This document shows, one piece after another, positions 10,177 through 20,172 of a stretch of DNA of 64,000 bases. Both the position numbers and the translations under genes were made by a program. Source of the DNA: Croceitalea vernalis (GTDB taxonomy: Bacteria > Bacteroidota > Bacteroidia > Flavobacteriales > Flavobacteriaceae); the NCBI RefSeq assembly GCF_031846405.1, contig NZ_JAVRHU010000001.1, positions 235,160 to 299,159 of the forward strand, read 5' to 3'. How positions within the stretch are numbered: the first letter of the stretch is position 1; each line of letters starts with the position of its first letter. The notes beneath the pieces are model-generated. The model saw only the letters and a list, made by a program, of their open reading frames with translations, was not told the DNA's origin and searched no databases.

Positions 10177-10218
10177 GTGCTAAACTATTTTAAAATGAAA
10201 GGAAAAGAGAAACATAAA

Positions 10219-11301
10219 TTAAGACTGCAATACTTCATCATAATACCGCAAGAAATTTAGACCCAATATTTTTTCAATATCACCAGTGCTATAGCCTCTT
10301 TTTTCAAGAAGTCTTGTTACATTTTGATATCTATCTGTTTCATCAAGCTCAGGAATCCATGGTGGCCATTGTACTTTATAAGAAGGTTTGAACCGTGTTA
10401 ATCGAGGTACGTACCAATTCTCTCTTGTTGCGCCATTCGCCTCTAATCCTTGTATCGGATAATCAGCAGCTAATCCCACATGGTCTATCCCTCCAACTTT
10501 CACAGCATGATCTATATGGTCTACGTAAGTTTCTAGAGTTGTATCAACACCTAAGTTTGGCCCTAACATATAGCCAAGGCATATAATACCCATTACTCCT
10601 CCTTTATTTGCCATAGCTTTTATCTGTGCATCTGTTTTAGCACGGGGATGATTTTTATGTAGTGCCTCACACATAGAGTGGTTAATCATTGCCCCAGTTT
10701 TACTGAACTCAATACCATCATCGGTAGTTTGTCTACCACAATGAGAAAGATCAATAATAATACCTAGTTCATTCATGCGATTAACTGCTTCTATACCGAA
10801 ATCGGAAAGTCCCGCATTGGTTCTTTCTGTGCAGCCATCACCAATCAAATTACGTTCATTGTAAGTAAGCTGCATCCAACGAGTTCCGGCTTGATATAGA
10901 ATATCTAGATTATCTATATCATTTACAATCATTCTCGAATTTTGAAAACCAAAGAGTACTGCAACTTTGTTTTCTTTTTTTGCACGCTTGAAGTCTTCTG
11001 CAGTAGTCGCGTGAATTAATTTGTCACTATTATCATCTACAATGTCTTTCCAATTTACCAAAGAAAGTAATGATCTATTTAAGTTGAAAGAATCTAAGGA
11101 AACATTAAAGCCGGAATACCCGGTCTTTGCGAGGGCGGCAAAAGAAGCTTTATCCCAGTTTCTGCCTATAATGAGACCATCTATAACTATGGATTGGTTA
11201 TAAACCTTGCTCTCCTTATTAAAGGCAGCCTTAGCATCATAGGTTAAAAGGGATGATAAGGCTCCAAGTGCTGCAAGTCTATTAAATTCTCCTCTATTCA
11301 T
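10219..11301 (-). CDS. membrane dipeptidase, peptidase family M19 (dehydropeptidase-like), exported
   Basis: M19 motifs DLSHCG and HVGLAADYP. N-terminal signal-like segment MNRGEFNRLAALGALSSLL. Confidence 0.8.
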   Translation of the reverse strand: MNRGEFNRLAALGALSSLLTYDAKAAFNKESKVYNQSIVIDGLIIGRNWDKASFAALAKTGYSGFNVSLDSFNLNRSLLSLVNWKDIVDDNSDKLIHATTAEDFKRAKKENKVAVLFGFQNSRMIVNDIDNLDILYQAGTRWMQLTYNERNLIGDGCTERTNAGLSDFGIEAVNRMNELGIIIDLSHCGRQTTDDGIEFSKTGAMINHSMCEALHKNHPRAKTDAQIKAMANKGGVMGIICLGYMLGPNLGVDTTLETYVDHIDHAVKVGGIDHVGLAADYPIQGLEANGATRENWYVPRLTRFKPSYKVQWPPWIPELDETDRYQNVTRLLEKRGYSTGDIEKILGLNFLRYYDEVLQS

Positions 11302-11399
11302 TTTTAAGGTGGTTATTTAGCCTAAGTTAGTAAATATTAGACTCCACTTACTTGATGATAAAAGAATTTTGGTTTCAAATTGAGAAATTTGTGATTACC

Positions 11400-12425
11400 T
11401 TATTTTTGAGGGATTATGTTATTTAAATCATAAAAATAGAAGTTCTTAGCATCGTTCATTGCTACAAAAAGTCCATTAGGAAAAGTATCATTAAGAGGCA
11501 CAGTTACAACTTCACAACCATCGGTTTCAAGTGTTGCAAGATTTACAGCTTTTATAAATGTGTTATCTTCTTGTGAAAAAATATTAAACTCTCCCTGCTG
11601 CTGATTGGAAACAATAAGTTGCCCCTTCCCATGCTCATAAGTCGCAATGGCGATACCCTCTATATCCTTTAAAAAGTATTCTCCGCCAAAGCAAGATATT
11701 TCTTCATTCCCCATACTTGGCTCAGCATAATATTTTCGAATACAAACTCCTTCATCAGAATAATAAACAAAACCCATTTCGTCATCTACAGCAATGGCTT
11801 CAATTTCTTTTTGACCACTAAAAGCGCCGAACTTCCTAACTAAATTTGACTGAATTTCTAAGCTATCTGCCTTTAGTTCATACTGATATAGATAATTAGT
11901 TGCAGGCCCTGTTTTTCTGCCTACAATAGCATAAATTTTAGAGTCCTTGGGTGACTTATATAGCGAAATTCCCATTGGTAAATTCTGCTCAAATTCTGTG
12001 GCATCTTTAAAAACTTGAAAACCTCCATTATCCAATGGTTTCATATCTGGCACAGAATACATTCTAATTTGTTGTTTTTCTCTTTCGGTAAAAACAAGAA
12101 TGTCTGTTTGGGTAGTGTCGTTAATTTGAAAACCATATTCCACATCCACATTATTAGGTCGCTGAATGTTTCTTATAGTTTTTTCTTCAATTATTTTTCC
12201 TTCTAAATCAAAAGCATATATCGCGCCATTTGTTTCTTTATCAGTACCAAACACAATGCTCTTTGAAGCATCCTTAGGATTTACCCAAATTGCAGGGTCA
12301 TCAGTATCATTTAATGTGGTTTCTGTAACAATGTCTGGTTTTATGGGAATAAGCTTGCTTTTTTTACATGATGTAAGACCTATTAAGACTAAAAAAAAGA
12401 TACTAATTTGTTTCATAATATTCAA
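11400..12425 (-). CDS. beta-propeller phytase (3-phytase, BPP family) lipoprotein
   Basis: Lipobox LTSC. DDPAIWVNPKD motif closely matches the Bacillus PhyC-type BPP signature. Confidence 0.75.
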   Translation of the reverse strand: MNIMKQISIFFLVLIGLTSCKKSKLIPIKPDIVTETTLNDTDDPAIWVNPKDASKSIVFGTDKETNGAIYAFDLEGKIIEEKTIRNIQRPNNVDVEYGFQINDTTQTDILVFTEREKQQIRMYSVPDMKPLDNGGFQVFKDATEFEQNLPMGISLYKSPKDSKIYAIVGRKTGPATNYLYQYELKADSLEIQSNLVRKFGAFSGQKEIEAIAVDDEMGFVYYSDEGVCIRKYYAEPSMGNEEISCFGGEYFLKDIEGIAIATYEHGKGQLIVSNQQQGEFNIFSQEDNTFIKAVNLATLETDGCEVVTVPLNDTFPNGLFVAMNDAKNFYFYDLNNIIPQK

Positions 12426-12484
12426 TTTAAGACAAAACCGCCCTCTTTTTCAAAAGGACGGTTTTAAGGCTAAACTAACTTAAA

Positions 12485-15319
12485 CTATTTTTTAAATAAG
12501 TCATATTTTAGGCCAAAAGTAAACCTAAGACTATAAAACTCTACTTGTTGTGTTCTTGCACTTACCCCTTGAAAGTAACGTAAAGGTTGATTTGTAATAT
12601 TATTGAGGTCTGCGTAAAGTCTTAATTTATTATTGATTGCATATGAAGCATTAAAATCCAAAAATGTTTGAACATCATAGTACCTATCTTCAAAAGCATT
12701 ACCGCCTATCTCATCGATATAAGAATCTGAGAAGTTTAATGATAGTCTTGCACTAAACTTTTTGTCAGCATAGCCTAAAGAACCATTGAACATATTTGGT
12801 GCTGTATTAGGTAAATCTAAATCGGTACGTTCATCACCATCTTCATTACGAATGCCATCAGCACTTGAAGTCAAGAACGTATAATTGAGGTACAAACTAA
12901 AATTTCTAGCAAAGCCTGGTAAAAAATCTAATTGCTTTTGAAAAGCGACTTCTGCCCCGAATATAGTGGCTTTATCTCCATTTAAAGGTTGAAATAAATC
13001 AAATCCTGCTGAACCGGCACCGAATGAGTCATCAGGAGCTTCAGAAATAAATGTGTAAACAAAATCATTTATATTCTTATAAAAAAGACCACCAGAAATA
13101 AGACCTACGCTTTTAAAATAGTGTTCTGCCATTACATCAAAATTCATTGATGTTGTTGGATCTAGCTCAGGATTTCCTACAAAAATTTCTTCGTCACCTT
13201 CTACAAGATCGGAGAAAGGTGTTAGATCAACATAGTTAGGCCTTGCTAAAGTATTTGTCCAAGCAAGTCTTAAAATTGTATTATCAGAAACATCATATTT
13301 AAAGTGCAGACCTGGCATAATATTCGTGTATGAACTTTCATTTGTTGTTTCTCCTATTACTTCCTCTTCATCTAATATTTGATTTCCAGTAGCTGTTATT
13401 TTAGTGTTCTCTAAACGTAAACCCGCTATAACACTTAACTTATCTGAAAGCTTTTGGTTTGCCATAATATATGCGGCCCACACATCTTCACTAACATCAA
13501 AATTATCTCTTAGAAATTCATCAGGAACTGATTCGCCAGCGTTATCGGTCAAATCAAGTCCACCTAAGAAAACCTCATCAGGATATAATCCCGCTTCGTA
13601 TTGACTACCAGCCAAGAAATTAGAATCCGTATAGCTTTTAGTCGGAAAATCGGCTAAAGTTGGATATTGGTCTTCTAAGTCAAATTCAAAAAAGTTATTA
13701 TCTCTAAACTTCTTTTTAAAACGACCTCTTGCACCAAATTTGACTGTTCCATCACCATTTCCAAAAAAATCAGAAGGAAGTTCAAAATTAATGAAGAAGT
13801 TAATATCTTCTTCTTCTGTATATTGAGTTTCATTGGTGATTTCATCAAACTCAAAAGCGCTTAAATCGTTAACATCTGCAGCATTTTCTGCGGTCATTAT
13901 TGGAAATTCGGGGTCAGTATTATCATTTAATACCGAATACTCCGCTACATATTGTGCATAACGTTCATCCAATCTTTCTTCATAAGCCTTTGCATATGAA
14001 GCCATCCAATCCATTTTCAAGCTTCCAAATAAATGGTTACCGCCGAGACTATAATTTTGCATTCTCTGGTCTTCCAACCGTCGATTTTTATTTCTATCAT
14101 TATTAATTCCCCCTTTTGTTTCTCTAGCAATTTCAGCTGGGAACCTTGTAGGAACCCCATTAGTGATTGTGAAGTCATCAACACCAATATCCTCTGGGTC
14201 TAAAATCTCTTGAGCTAAGACAAAACGATTTTCACGATCATCTCGCCAATTATACATGGTCTTTAAATAAATAGTGTTGTCCGCATTAAAATTATAATCA
14301 AAATTTGCGGCAAAACTTCTACGAATACGCTGTACCAAATAGGTGCGTTGTTCACTTACGTTTGTGTAAGGATTTACATCCAACTCTTCTTCTTCACCGT
14401 CCTCGTTGGTAAAGGCAAACTCATCAGTCCATTCCGCTTCTACATTGTCAGAACCAAAATCGTTATCATTAATTGAGGCCGACACCATCCAACCAAATTT
14501 GCCATCCTTACTCCGGTCGCCAACTAATAAAGAACCATTTAAAATTCTTTTGTCAGTAATAAAATTGATTCCTGAACCAGCAGTGGCAGAAAGTCTAAAG
14601 CCTTGCGGAGCAGTTCTAGTAACCAAGTTCACAGAACCACCAAGGGCATCAGCATCCATATCGGGAGTTACTGCTTTGTTTACTTCAATGGTCTGAATCA
14701 TATCTGAAGGAATTAAATCCATCTGAATATTTCTGTTATCCCCTTCTGCAGAGGGAATACGGCTACCATTTAAGGTTACGGAATTAAGTTGTGGTGATAA
14801 ACCACGAACAATAATATTTCGTGCTTCACCCTGATCAACTTGCATAGTAATTCCAGGTATTCGCTTTACTGCATCTCCAATATTAGCATCTGGGAACTTC
14901 CCTATCTGGTCCGTAGATACTACATTGGTAATGTTAAGATTTGTTCTTTGAGTGTTAAGCGCTTTTGCTGTACCACTTATTCCATAGGCAGATACTTCAA
15001 CACCCTCTAATTCAACATTAGTGGAATTCATATTTAAATTCACTACTGTTGTTTCTCCATTAATTACTGTAATTTCTTGAGAAACGGGTGAGTATCCAAT
15101 ATAAGAGATCTCTAGTGTATAGGTGCCTTCCGGCACCGCTACAATGGTAAAGCGACCATCAAAGTTAGATATTGCCCCTTTTTCAATTGAAGCGATATAA
15201 ACGCTAGCACCAGGTACATAAATCCCATTTTCATCCGAAATGGTGCCCTGAATATTTCCCGTTTGAGCAAAAATAAATGAGGTAAAAAATAAACTTAAAA
15301 GACTTAAACTACTTTTCAT
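12485..15319 (-). CDS. TonB-dependent receptor (CarbopepD_reg-like N-domain + plug + barrel)
   Basis: Signal peptide. TGNIQGTISDENGIYVPGASV carboxypeptidase-regulatory-like domain. Plug motifs (IIVRGLSPQ). C-terminal aromatic-rich barrel ending ...DLFKK. Confidence 0.8.
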   Translation of the reverse strand: MKSSLSLLSLFFTSFIFAQTGNIQGTISDENGIYVPGASVYIASIEKGAISNFDGRFTIVAVPEGTYTLEISYIGYSPVSQEITVINGETTVVNLNMNSTNVELEGVEVSAYGISGTAKALNTQRTNLNITNVVSTDQIGKFPDANIGDAVKRIPGITMQVDQGEARNIIVRGLSPQLNSVTLNGSRIPSAEGDNRNIQMDLIPSDMIQTIEVNKAVTPDMDADALGGSVNLVTRTAPQGFRLSATAGSGINFITDKRILNGSLLVGDRSKDGKFGWMVSASINDNDFGSDNVEAEWTDEFAFTNEDGEEEELDVNPYTNVSEQRTYLVQRIRRSFAANFDYNFNADNTIYLKTMYNWRDDRENRFVLAQEILDPEDIGVDDFTITNGVPTRFPAEIARETKGGINNDRNKNRRLEDQRMQNYSLGGNHLFGSLKMDWMASYAKAYEERLDERYAQYVAEYSVLNDNTDPEFPIMTAENAADVNDLSAFEFDEITNETQYTEEEDINFFINFELPSDFFGNGDGTVKFGARGRFKKKFRDNNFFEFDLEDQYPTLADFPTKSYTDSNFLAGSQYEAGLYPDEVFLGGLDLTDNAGESVPDEFLRDNFDVSEDVWAAYIMANQKLSDKLSVIAGLRLENTKITATGNQILDEEEVIGETTNESSYTNIMPGLHFKYDVSDNTILRLAWTNTLARPNYVDLTPFSDLVEGDEEIFVGNPELDPTTSMNFDVMAEHYFKSVGLISGGLFYKNINDFVYTFISEAPDDSFGAGSAGFDLFQPLNGDKATIFGAEVAFQKQLDFLPGFARNFSLYLNYTFLTSSADGIRNEDGDERTDLDLPNTAPNMFNGSLGYADKKFSARLSLNFSDSYIDEIGGNAFEDRYYDVQTFLDFNASYAINNKLRLYADLNNITNQPLRYFQGVSARTQQVEFYSLRFTFGLKYDLFKK

Positions 15320-15451
15320 TTTCTGAGTGGTTAATTATAGACCACAAAGAACTTGGAAATAGGTATAATATGAGGTTAGTTAATTTTTAAGATTAAATCA
15401 ACTTTAGTCAAAATAACATGGTAGTTTAAAATAACCTAACAGTTAGTTAAC

Positions 15452-15477
15452 AAAAAACCCCCACCAAAGGTGAGGGT
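15452..15477 (-). terminator. rho-independent terminator after rpmA
   Basis: On the minus strand, hairpin CCCTCACC-TTTG-GGTGGGGG is followed by a TTTTTT run, immediately downstream of the rpmA stop. Confidence 0.55.
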
Positions 15478-15502
15478 TCTATATTTTTAGAAAAAGAATA
15501 TT

Positions 15503-15763
15503 TTATGCTTCAAAAGGTTCTATAGAAACATATGACTTTCCGCCTACTTTCTTTTCAAATTTTACCAAGCCATCAACTTTCGCATGTAACGTGTGGTCTT
15601 TACCTGCGTAAACATTTTCACCTGGGTTGTGTTTTGTACCTCGCTGTCTAACGATAATGTTACCAGCTATTGCAGCCTGACCGCCAAAAATCTTAACACC
15701 TAATCGTTTCGATTCTGACTCTCTACCGTTCTTTGAACTACCTACACCTTTTTTATGTGCCAT
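15503..15763 (-). CDS. rpmA: 50S ribosomal protein L27
   Basis: [24 protein letters not shown] is the canonical L27 N-terminus. Confidence 0.95.
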   Translation of the reverse strand: MAHKKGVGSSKNGRESESKRLGVKIFGGQAAIAGNIIVRQRGTKHNPGENVYAGKDHTLHAKVDGLVKFEKKVGGKSYVSIEPFEA

Positions 15764-15802
15764 TTTTCTACGGTTTTATATTGTTATACCAGATGGTTGA
15801 CC

Positions 15803-16480
15803 TTATGCCTTACCACCGTCTAATTCATCTTGCCATTTTTTAAGCTCATCCCACTTACCATCAGCTGCTAATTTAGCTTGTGCTGGCCAAGTGTCAGTAA
15901 CATGATTACCGCGAACTTCAGAAATAATTTCAGAAATTTTTGCTGGTTTAGCTTTCGCTAAATCAGCAAAAGTAGCGATACCTGCTTCAATTAGAGTTGA
16001 AGCAATCTTTGGTCCAATACCTTCTATTTTCTTTAAATCATCAGCTTTTGCTTTGGCAGTTGCCTTTTTAGCTGGAGCTGCTTTTTTAGGAGCTGCCTCT
16101 TTTTTTGGAGCGGCTTCCTTTTTTGTTGTTGCTGCTTTAGTCTTTGCCGGAGAAGCTTTCTTAGCTCCCTTAGCAACAATGCTTTCCACAACAATCTCAG
16201 TCAAAGATTGTCTATGACCATTCTTCTTTCTGTAACCTTTACGTCTTTTCTTATGAAAAACGATTACTTTATCACCTCTAAGGTGCTTAACGACTTTGGC
16301 CTCTACGGCCGCACCGTCTATGACTGGGGCGCCAATAGTAACGCTACCATTATCATCTAAAAGAAGTACTTTATCAAAAGTTACCTTTTTACCTTCTTCA
16401 GCTTGTAAACGGTGAACGTACACTTTTTGGTCTTTCGCAACTTTAAACTGCTGCCCTGCCATCTCTACAATTGCGTACAT
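15803..16480 (-). CDS. rplU: 50S ribosomal protein L21 with about 100-aa Ala/Lys-rich plus HhH-like C-terminal extension
   Basis: [14 protein letters not shown]...[20 protein letters not shown] is the L21 core of about 105 aa. It is followed by [34 protein letters not shown] repeats and an IEGIGPKIA...FADLA helix-hairpin-helix-like segment. Confidence 0.85.
   Translation of the reverse strand: MYAIVEMAGQQFKVAKDQKVYVHRLQAEEGKKVTFDKVLLLDDNGSVTIGAPVIDGAAVEAKVVKHLRGDKVIVFHKKRRKGYRKKNGHRQSLTEIVVESIVAKGAKKASPAKTKAATTKKEAAPKKEAAPKKAAPAKKATAKAKADDLKKIEGIGPKIASTLIEAGIATFADLAKAKPAKISEIISEVRGNHVTDTWPAQAKLAADGKWDELKKWQDELDGGKA
16040..16150 (-). repeat. in-frame low-complexity tandem repeats ([12 protein letters not shown]) inside the rplU extension
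   Basis: The plus strand shows reiterated gctgc-tttttt-ggag units. The translated repeat is [20 protein letters not shown]. Confidence 0.4.
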
Positions 16481-16529
16481 ACTGATTATATTAAATTATT
16501 CACTGAGCTATTTTCTCAAATAGCGGGTG

Positions 16530-16560
16530 CAAATATACTGCTAAATCCTTAATCTACAAG
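16530..16560 (-). promoter_or_regulatory. putative Bacteroidetes sigma-A promoter for rplU-rpmA (-33 TTG / -7 TATATTTG)
   Basis: The minus strand reads cTTGtagattaaggatttagcagTATATTTGcacc: TTG, a 19-nt spacer, then TAnnTTTG, about 45 nt upstream of the rplU start. Confidence 0.35.
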
Positions 16561-16750
16561 AATTTTTAGCCATTTAAGTAAATTATTTCTTCCCATTGAG
16601 AACAATTTAATTATCTGACTAATTCTTCTATAATTTCTTGTTAAAGAAATAGTAGTTTTCATTCCGACACTACAAAAAAATTATATTCGTGTAACATTAT
16701 TAAGAATTGTAATACAAACATTTAAAATCTTTAATTCTAAACACTAAAAA

Positions 16751-18073
16751 ATGAAAAAAAATTGCTTGAGTTTCTTTGGCGTTCTTTTTTCAATGAGCTT
16801 AGTTTTTTCGCAAGAAGTAGCCTTTGAAGAATACGATTTAGATAACGGTATGCATGTAATTCTGCACCAAGATAATAACGTACCAGTAGTAACTGTTGCC
16901 GTCTCGTACCATGTTGGGTCAAAAAATGAAAATCCGAATAAAACAGGGTTTGCTCATTTCTTTGAGCATCTTTTATTTGAAGGAACTAAAAATATTGAAC
17001 GTGGTGAATGGTTTAAACTTGTGTCTTCCAATGGTGGCAGTAATAATGCAACCACAAACTATGATCGTACCTACTATTATGAGAATTTTCCATCAAATAA
17101 TCTAGAATTAGGACTTTGGATGGAATCGGAGAGATTACTTCATCCTGTTATCAATCAAATTGGAGTAGACACTCAAAAAGAAGTTGTACAAGAAGAAAGA
17201 CGACTACGAGTAGATAATGCTCCCTATGGTAGATGGCAAGAACAAATGTTCAAAAACCTATTCACCAAACACCCATATAATTGGACTGTTATTGGTTCAC
17301 TAGAGCATTTGGCTAGTGCTTCGTTAGAAGACTTTCAAAATTTCAATAAAAAGTTTTACGTACCAAACAATGCCGTATTAGTAGTGGCAGGAGACTTGGA
17401 AATAGAGAAAACAAAAAAAATGATTCAAGATTATTTTGGTCCTATTCCTCGAGGTGCTGATGTTGTTCAGAACACTTTTATTGAAGACCCTATACAAGGG
17501 CCTGTAAAAGTTAAATTTGAAGATCCAAATATTCAAATTCCTCTAATAATGATGGGGTATCGCACACCTGGTCAGACCGAACGTGATGCTTATGTGCTTG
17601 ATATGATTTCTACATATTTGAGTGATGGTAAAAGTTCCAAGCTTTATAAAAAGCTAGTAGACGATAAAAAAATGGCTTTACAAGTATTTGCTTTCAATGG
17701 TTCTCAAGAAGACTACGGTGCCTATATCGTAGGGGGCTTACCTGTTGGGGAAACATCTTTAGAGGATATTATGAAAGAGGTTGATGAAGAAATAGTGAAG
17801 GTTCAAACGGAACTAATTTCAGAAAAGGATTACCAAAAACTTCAAAATAAAGCAGAGAATAATTTTGTGAATTCAAATAGCAGTATCGCGGGAATCGCTG
17901 GTTCATTAGCAAATTACCATTTACTTTATGATGATACTAGCTTAATTAATACTCAAATAGATATCTACCGCAGCATCACCAGAGAAGAGATTAGAGATGT
18001 CGCCGCTAAATATCTTAAAGTAAATGAGCGTGTAGAACTGGAATATCTACCTGAACAAAAAAATGCTAACTAA
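16751..18073 (+). CDS. M16-family zinc peptidase (pitrilysin/insulinase-like, catalytic subunit), exported
   Basis: Signal peptide. Inverted zinc motif HFFEHLLFEGT (HxxEH). Confidence 0.85.
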   Translation: MKKNCLSFFGVLFSMSLVFSQEVAFEEYDLDNGMHVILHQDNNVPVVTVAVSYHVGSKNENPNKTGFAHFFEHLLFEGTKNIERGEWFKLVSSNGGSNNATTNYDRTYYYENFPSNNLELGLWMESERLLHPVINQIGVDTQKEVVQEERRLRVDNAPYGRWQEQMFKNLFTKHPYNWTVIGSLEHLASASLEDFQNFNKKFYVPNNAVLVVAGDLEIEKTKKMIQDYFGPIPRGADVVQNTFIEDPIQGPVKVKFEDPNIQIPLIMMGYRTPGQTERDAYVLDMISTYLSDGKSSKLYKKLVDDKKMALQVFAFNGSQEDYGAYIVGGLPVGETSLEDIMKEVDEEIVKVQTELISEKDYQKLQNKAENNFVNSNSSIAGIAGSLANYHLLYDDTSLINTQIDIYRSITREEIRDVAAKYLKVNERVELEYLPEQKNAN

Positions 18074-20147
18074 GATGAAAAAGAATATATTATTCGCAAT
18101 ACTGACATTGTTTTTTACAATTTCATATGCACAAATAGACCGCACACAACAGCCAAAACCAGGACCTGCTCCGCAGATTAACTTGGAAGAACCGAACACT
18201 TTTGAGTTGAAAAATGGTTTAAAAGTAATGGTTGTTGAAAATAGAAAATTGCCAAGAGTATCAATACAGTTAGATATTGATAACCCACCAATTCTTGAAG
18301 GAGAAAAAGCTGGAGTCTCTGGTCTTATGTCTAGTATGCTTGGCAATGGTTCAACTACTATTCCAAAAGATGATTTTAATGAAGAGGTAGATTTTTTAGG
18401 AGCAAGAATTAATTTTGGTTCTCAAAGCGCGTTTGCAAGTAGTCTTTCTAAATATTTTCCCAGAATTTTAGAACTTATGGCAGATGCGGCCATTAACCCT
18501 AATTTCACTGCTGAAGAATTCGAAAAAGAAAAAGCAAAATTACTTACAGGGCTAAAAGCAGAAGAAAATGATGTTTCTGCCATAGCGAATAGAGTTCAGA
18601 GAGCATTGGCCTACGGAACTAAACATCCATACGGAGAAATTACCTCTGAAGCGACTGTGAACAATGTCACTTTGTTGGATGTTGAGGAATTTTATAGAGA
18701 CTATTTTGTACCAGCTAATGCCTATTTAGTTGTCATTGGTGATATTAATTTTGAGGAGGTTAAAGAATTAGTAACAAAAGCATTCACGCCTTGGACAAAG
18801 GCAACACCTCCTTCATTGAGCTATACTAAACCAACAGATGCGCAATACACTCAAATAAATTTTGTTGATATGCCCAATGCCGTGCAATCAGAAGTGGCTG
18901 TTCAAAGTTTAGTTGAATTGCAAATGAAAGATGATGATTACTTACCTGCTTTAGTAGCCAACCAAATTTTAGGTGGAGGCGGTGAAGGAAGGCTATTCTT
19001 AAATCTTAGAGAAGACAAAGGATATACCTATGGTTCATACTCTTCAATCGGAAATGATAAATATCAACCTGTTCGATTTACAGCAGAAGCCCAAGTACGT
19101 AATCAAGTTACAGACAGTTCTGTTGTAGAAATTTTGAGTGAAATTGACCGTATAGTTAATGAACCGGTTACTGATGAGGAATTAAAAAATACAAAAGCCA
19201 AATATGTTGGGCGTTTTGTAATGGCTTTAGAGCGACCGCAAACCATTGCTAATTATGCACTAAATATTCAAAAAGAAGGACTATCAAAAGACTTTTATAA
19301 GACATATTTAGAACGTATCAACGCGATTACAACGGAAGATGTTCAGAAAGCGGCCAAAAAATACTTTACCACCAATAATGCGCGTATCGTGGTCGCTGGA
19401 AAAGGAAGTGAAGTCCTTGAGAATCTTGAAAAAGTTTCTTTTAATGAAAAGACCGTTCCTGTATTGTACTATGACAAGGTTGCTTCAAAAACTGAGAAAC
19501 CAGATTATAACAGCGCTATCCCTGAAGGAATTACAGCAACTACAGTTATTGAAAAATACTTAGAGGCAATTGGTGGAAAATCAAAATTAGAAGCTGTTGA
19601 ATCATATGCCATGTTGGCCGAGGCAGAAATGCAAGGGATGAAACTGGAGTTAGAAATGAAGAAAACCTCAAAAGAGCAATTTATGCAAGATGTTAGAATG
19701 ATGGGGAACTCTATGCAAAAACAGGTCATTGATGGTGATAGAGGCTATATGATGGCCCAAGGTCAACGCAAGGATTTAACTGAAGAAGAAATAACAGCAT
19801 TAAAAGAAGAGTCAGCAGCTTTTCCAGAATTAAATTATCTTTTCGCTGGTGATATTACTTTAGAAGGCATTGAAGCAGTTGGTGATAAAAAAGCGTATAA
19901 GCTTAAAATCACCGACGAGAAAACTGTTTTTTATGATGTTGAATCTGGCCTAAAACTTCAAGAAGTAACTGTGCAAGAAATGCAAGGTCAAACTGTTCAA
20001 CAGAATATGATGTTGAGTGATTATAAGGTAGTATCTGGAATACTTTTCCCATTTAAGTTATCTCAAACTATGGGGCCTCAAAAATTTGATTTTATCGTTA
20101 AAGAGATAAAAGTTAATGAAGGAGTATCCGCAGCAGATTTTGAATAA
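18063..20147 (+). CDS. M16-family peptidase, non-catalytic/inactive-type subunit, exported
   Basis: Signal peptide. M16 fold features without HxxEH. Overlaps the catalytic-subunit gene by 11 nt. Length and composition are typical of the M16B partner. Confidence 0.7.
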   Translation: MLTKMKKNILFAILTLFFTISYAQIDRTQQPKPGPAPQINLEEPNTFELKNGLKVMVVENRKLPRVSIQLDIDNPPILEGEKAGVSGLMSSMLGNGSTTIPKDDFNEEVDFLGARINFGSQSAFASSLSKYFPRILELMADAAINPNFTAEEFEKEKAKLLTGLKAEENDVSAIANRVQRALAYGTKHPYGEITSEATVNNVTLLDVEEFYRDYFVPANAYLVVIGDINFEEVKELVTKAFTPWTKATPPSLSYTKPTDAQYTQINFVDMPNAVQSEVAVQSLVELQMKDDDYLPALVANQILGGGGEGRLFLNLREDKGYTYGSYSSIGNDKYQPVRFTAEAQVRNQVTDSSVVEILSEIDRIVNEPVTDEELKNTKAKYVGRFVMALERPQTIANYALNIQKEGLSKDFYKTYLERINAITTEDVQKAAKKYFTTNNARIVVAGKGSEVLENLEKVSFNEKTVPVLYYDKVASKTEKPDYNSAIPEGITATTVIEKYLEAIGGKSKLEAVESYAMLAEAEMQGMKLELEMKKTSKEQFMQDVRMMGNSMQKQVIDGDRGYMMAQGQRKDLTEEEITALKEESAAFPELNYLFAGDITLEGIEAVGDKKAYKLKITDEKTVFYDVESGLKLQEVTVQEMQGQTVQQNMMLSDYKVVSGILFPFKLSQTMGPQKFDFIVKEIKVNEGVSAADFE

Positions 20148-20172
20148 TCTAATAGCTTTTTCTAATTAAAAA

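Noticed and set aside
12426-12484. Imperfect hairpin AAACCGCCC...GGACGGTTT between the receptor stop and the phytase start
   Set aside because: The stem has a mismatch or wobble and a 12-17-nt loop. On the minus strand it is followed only by a T-poor run (TGTCTTAAA). It may attenuate but is not a convincing intrinsic terminator.
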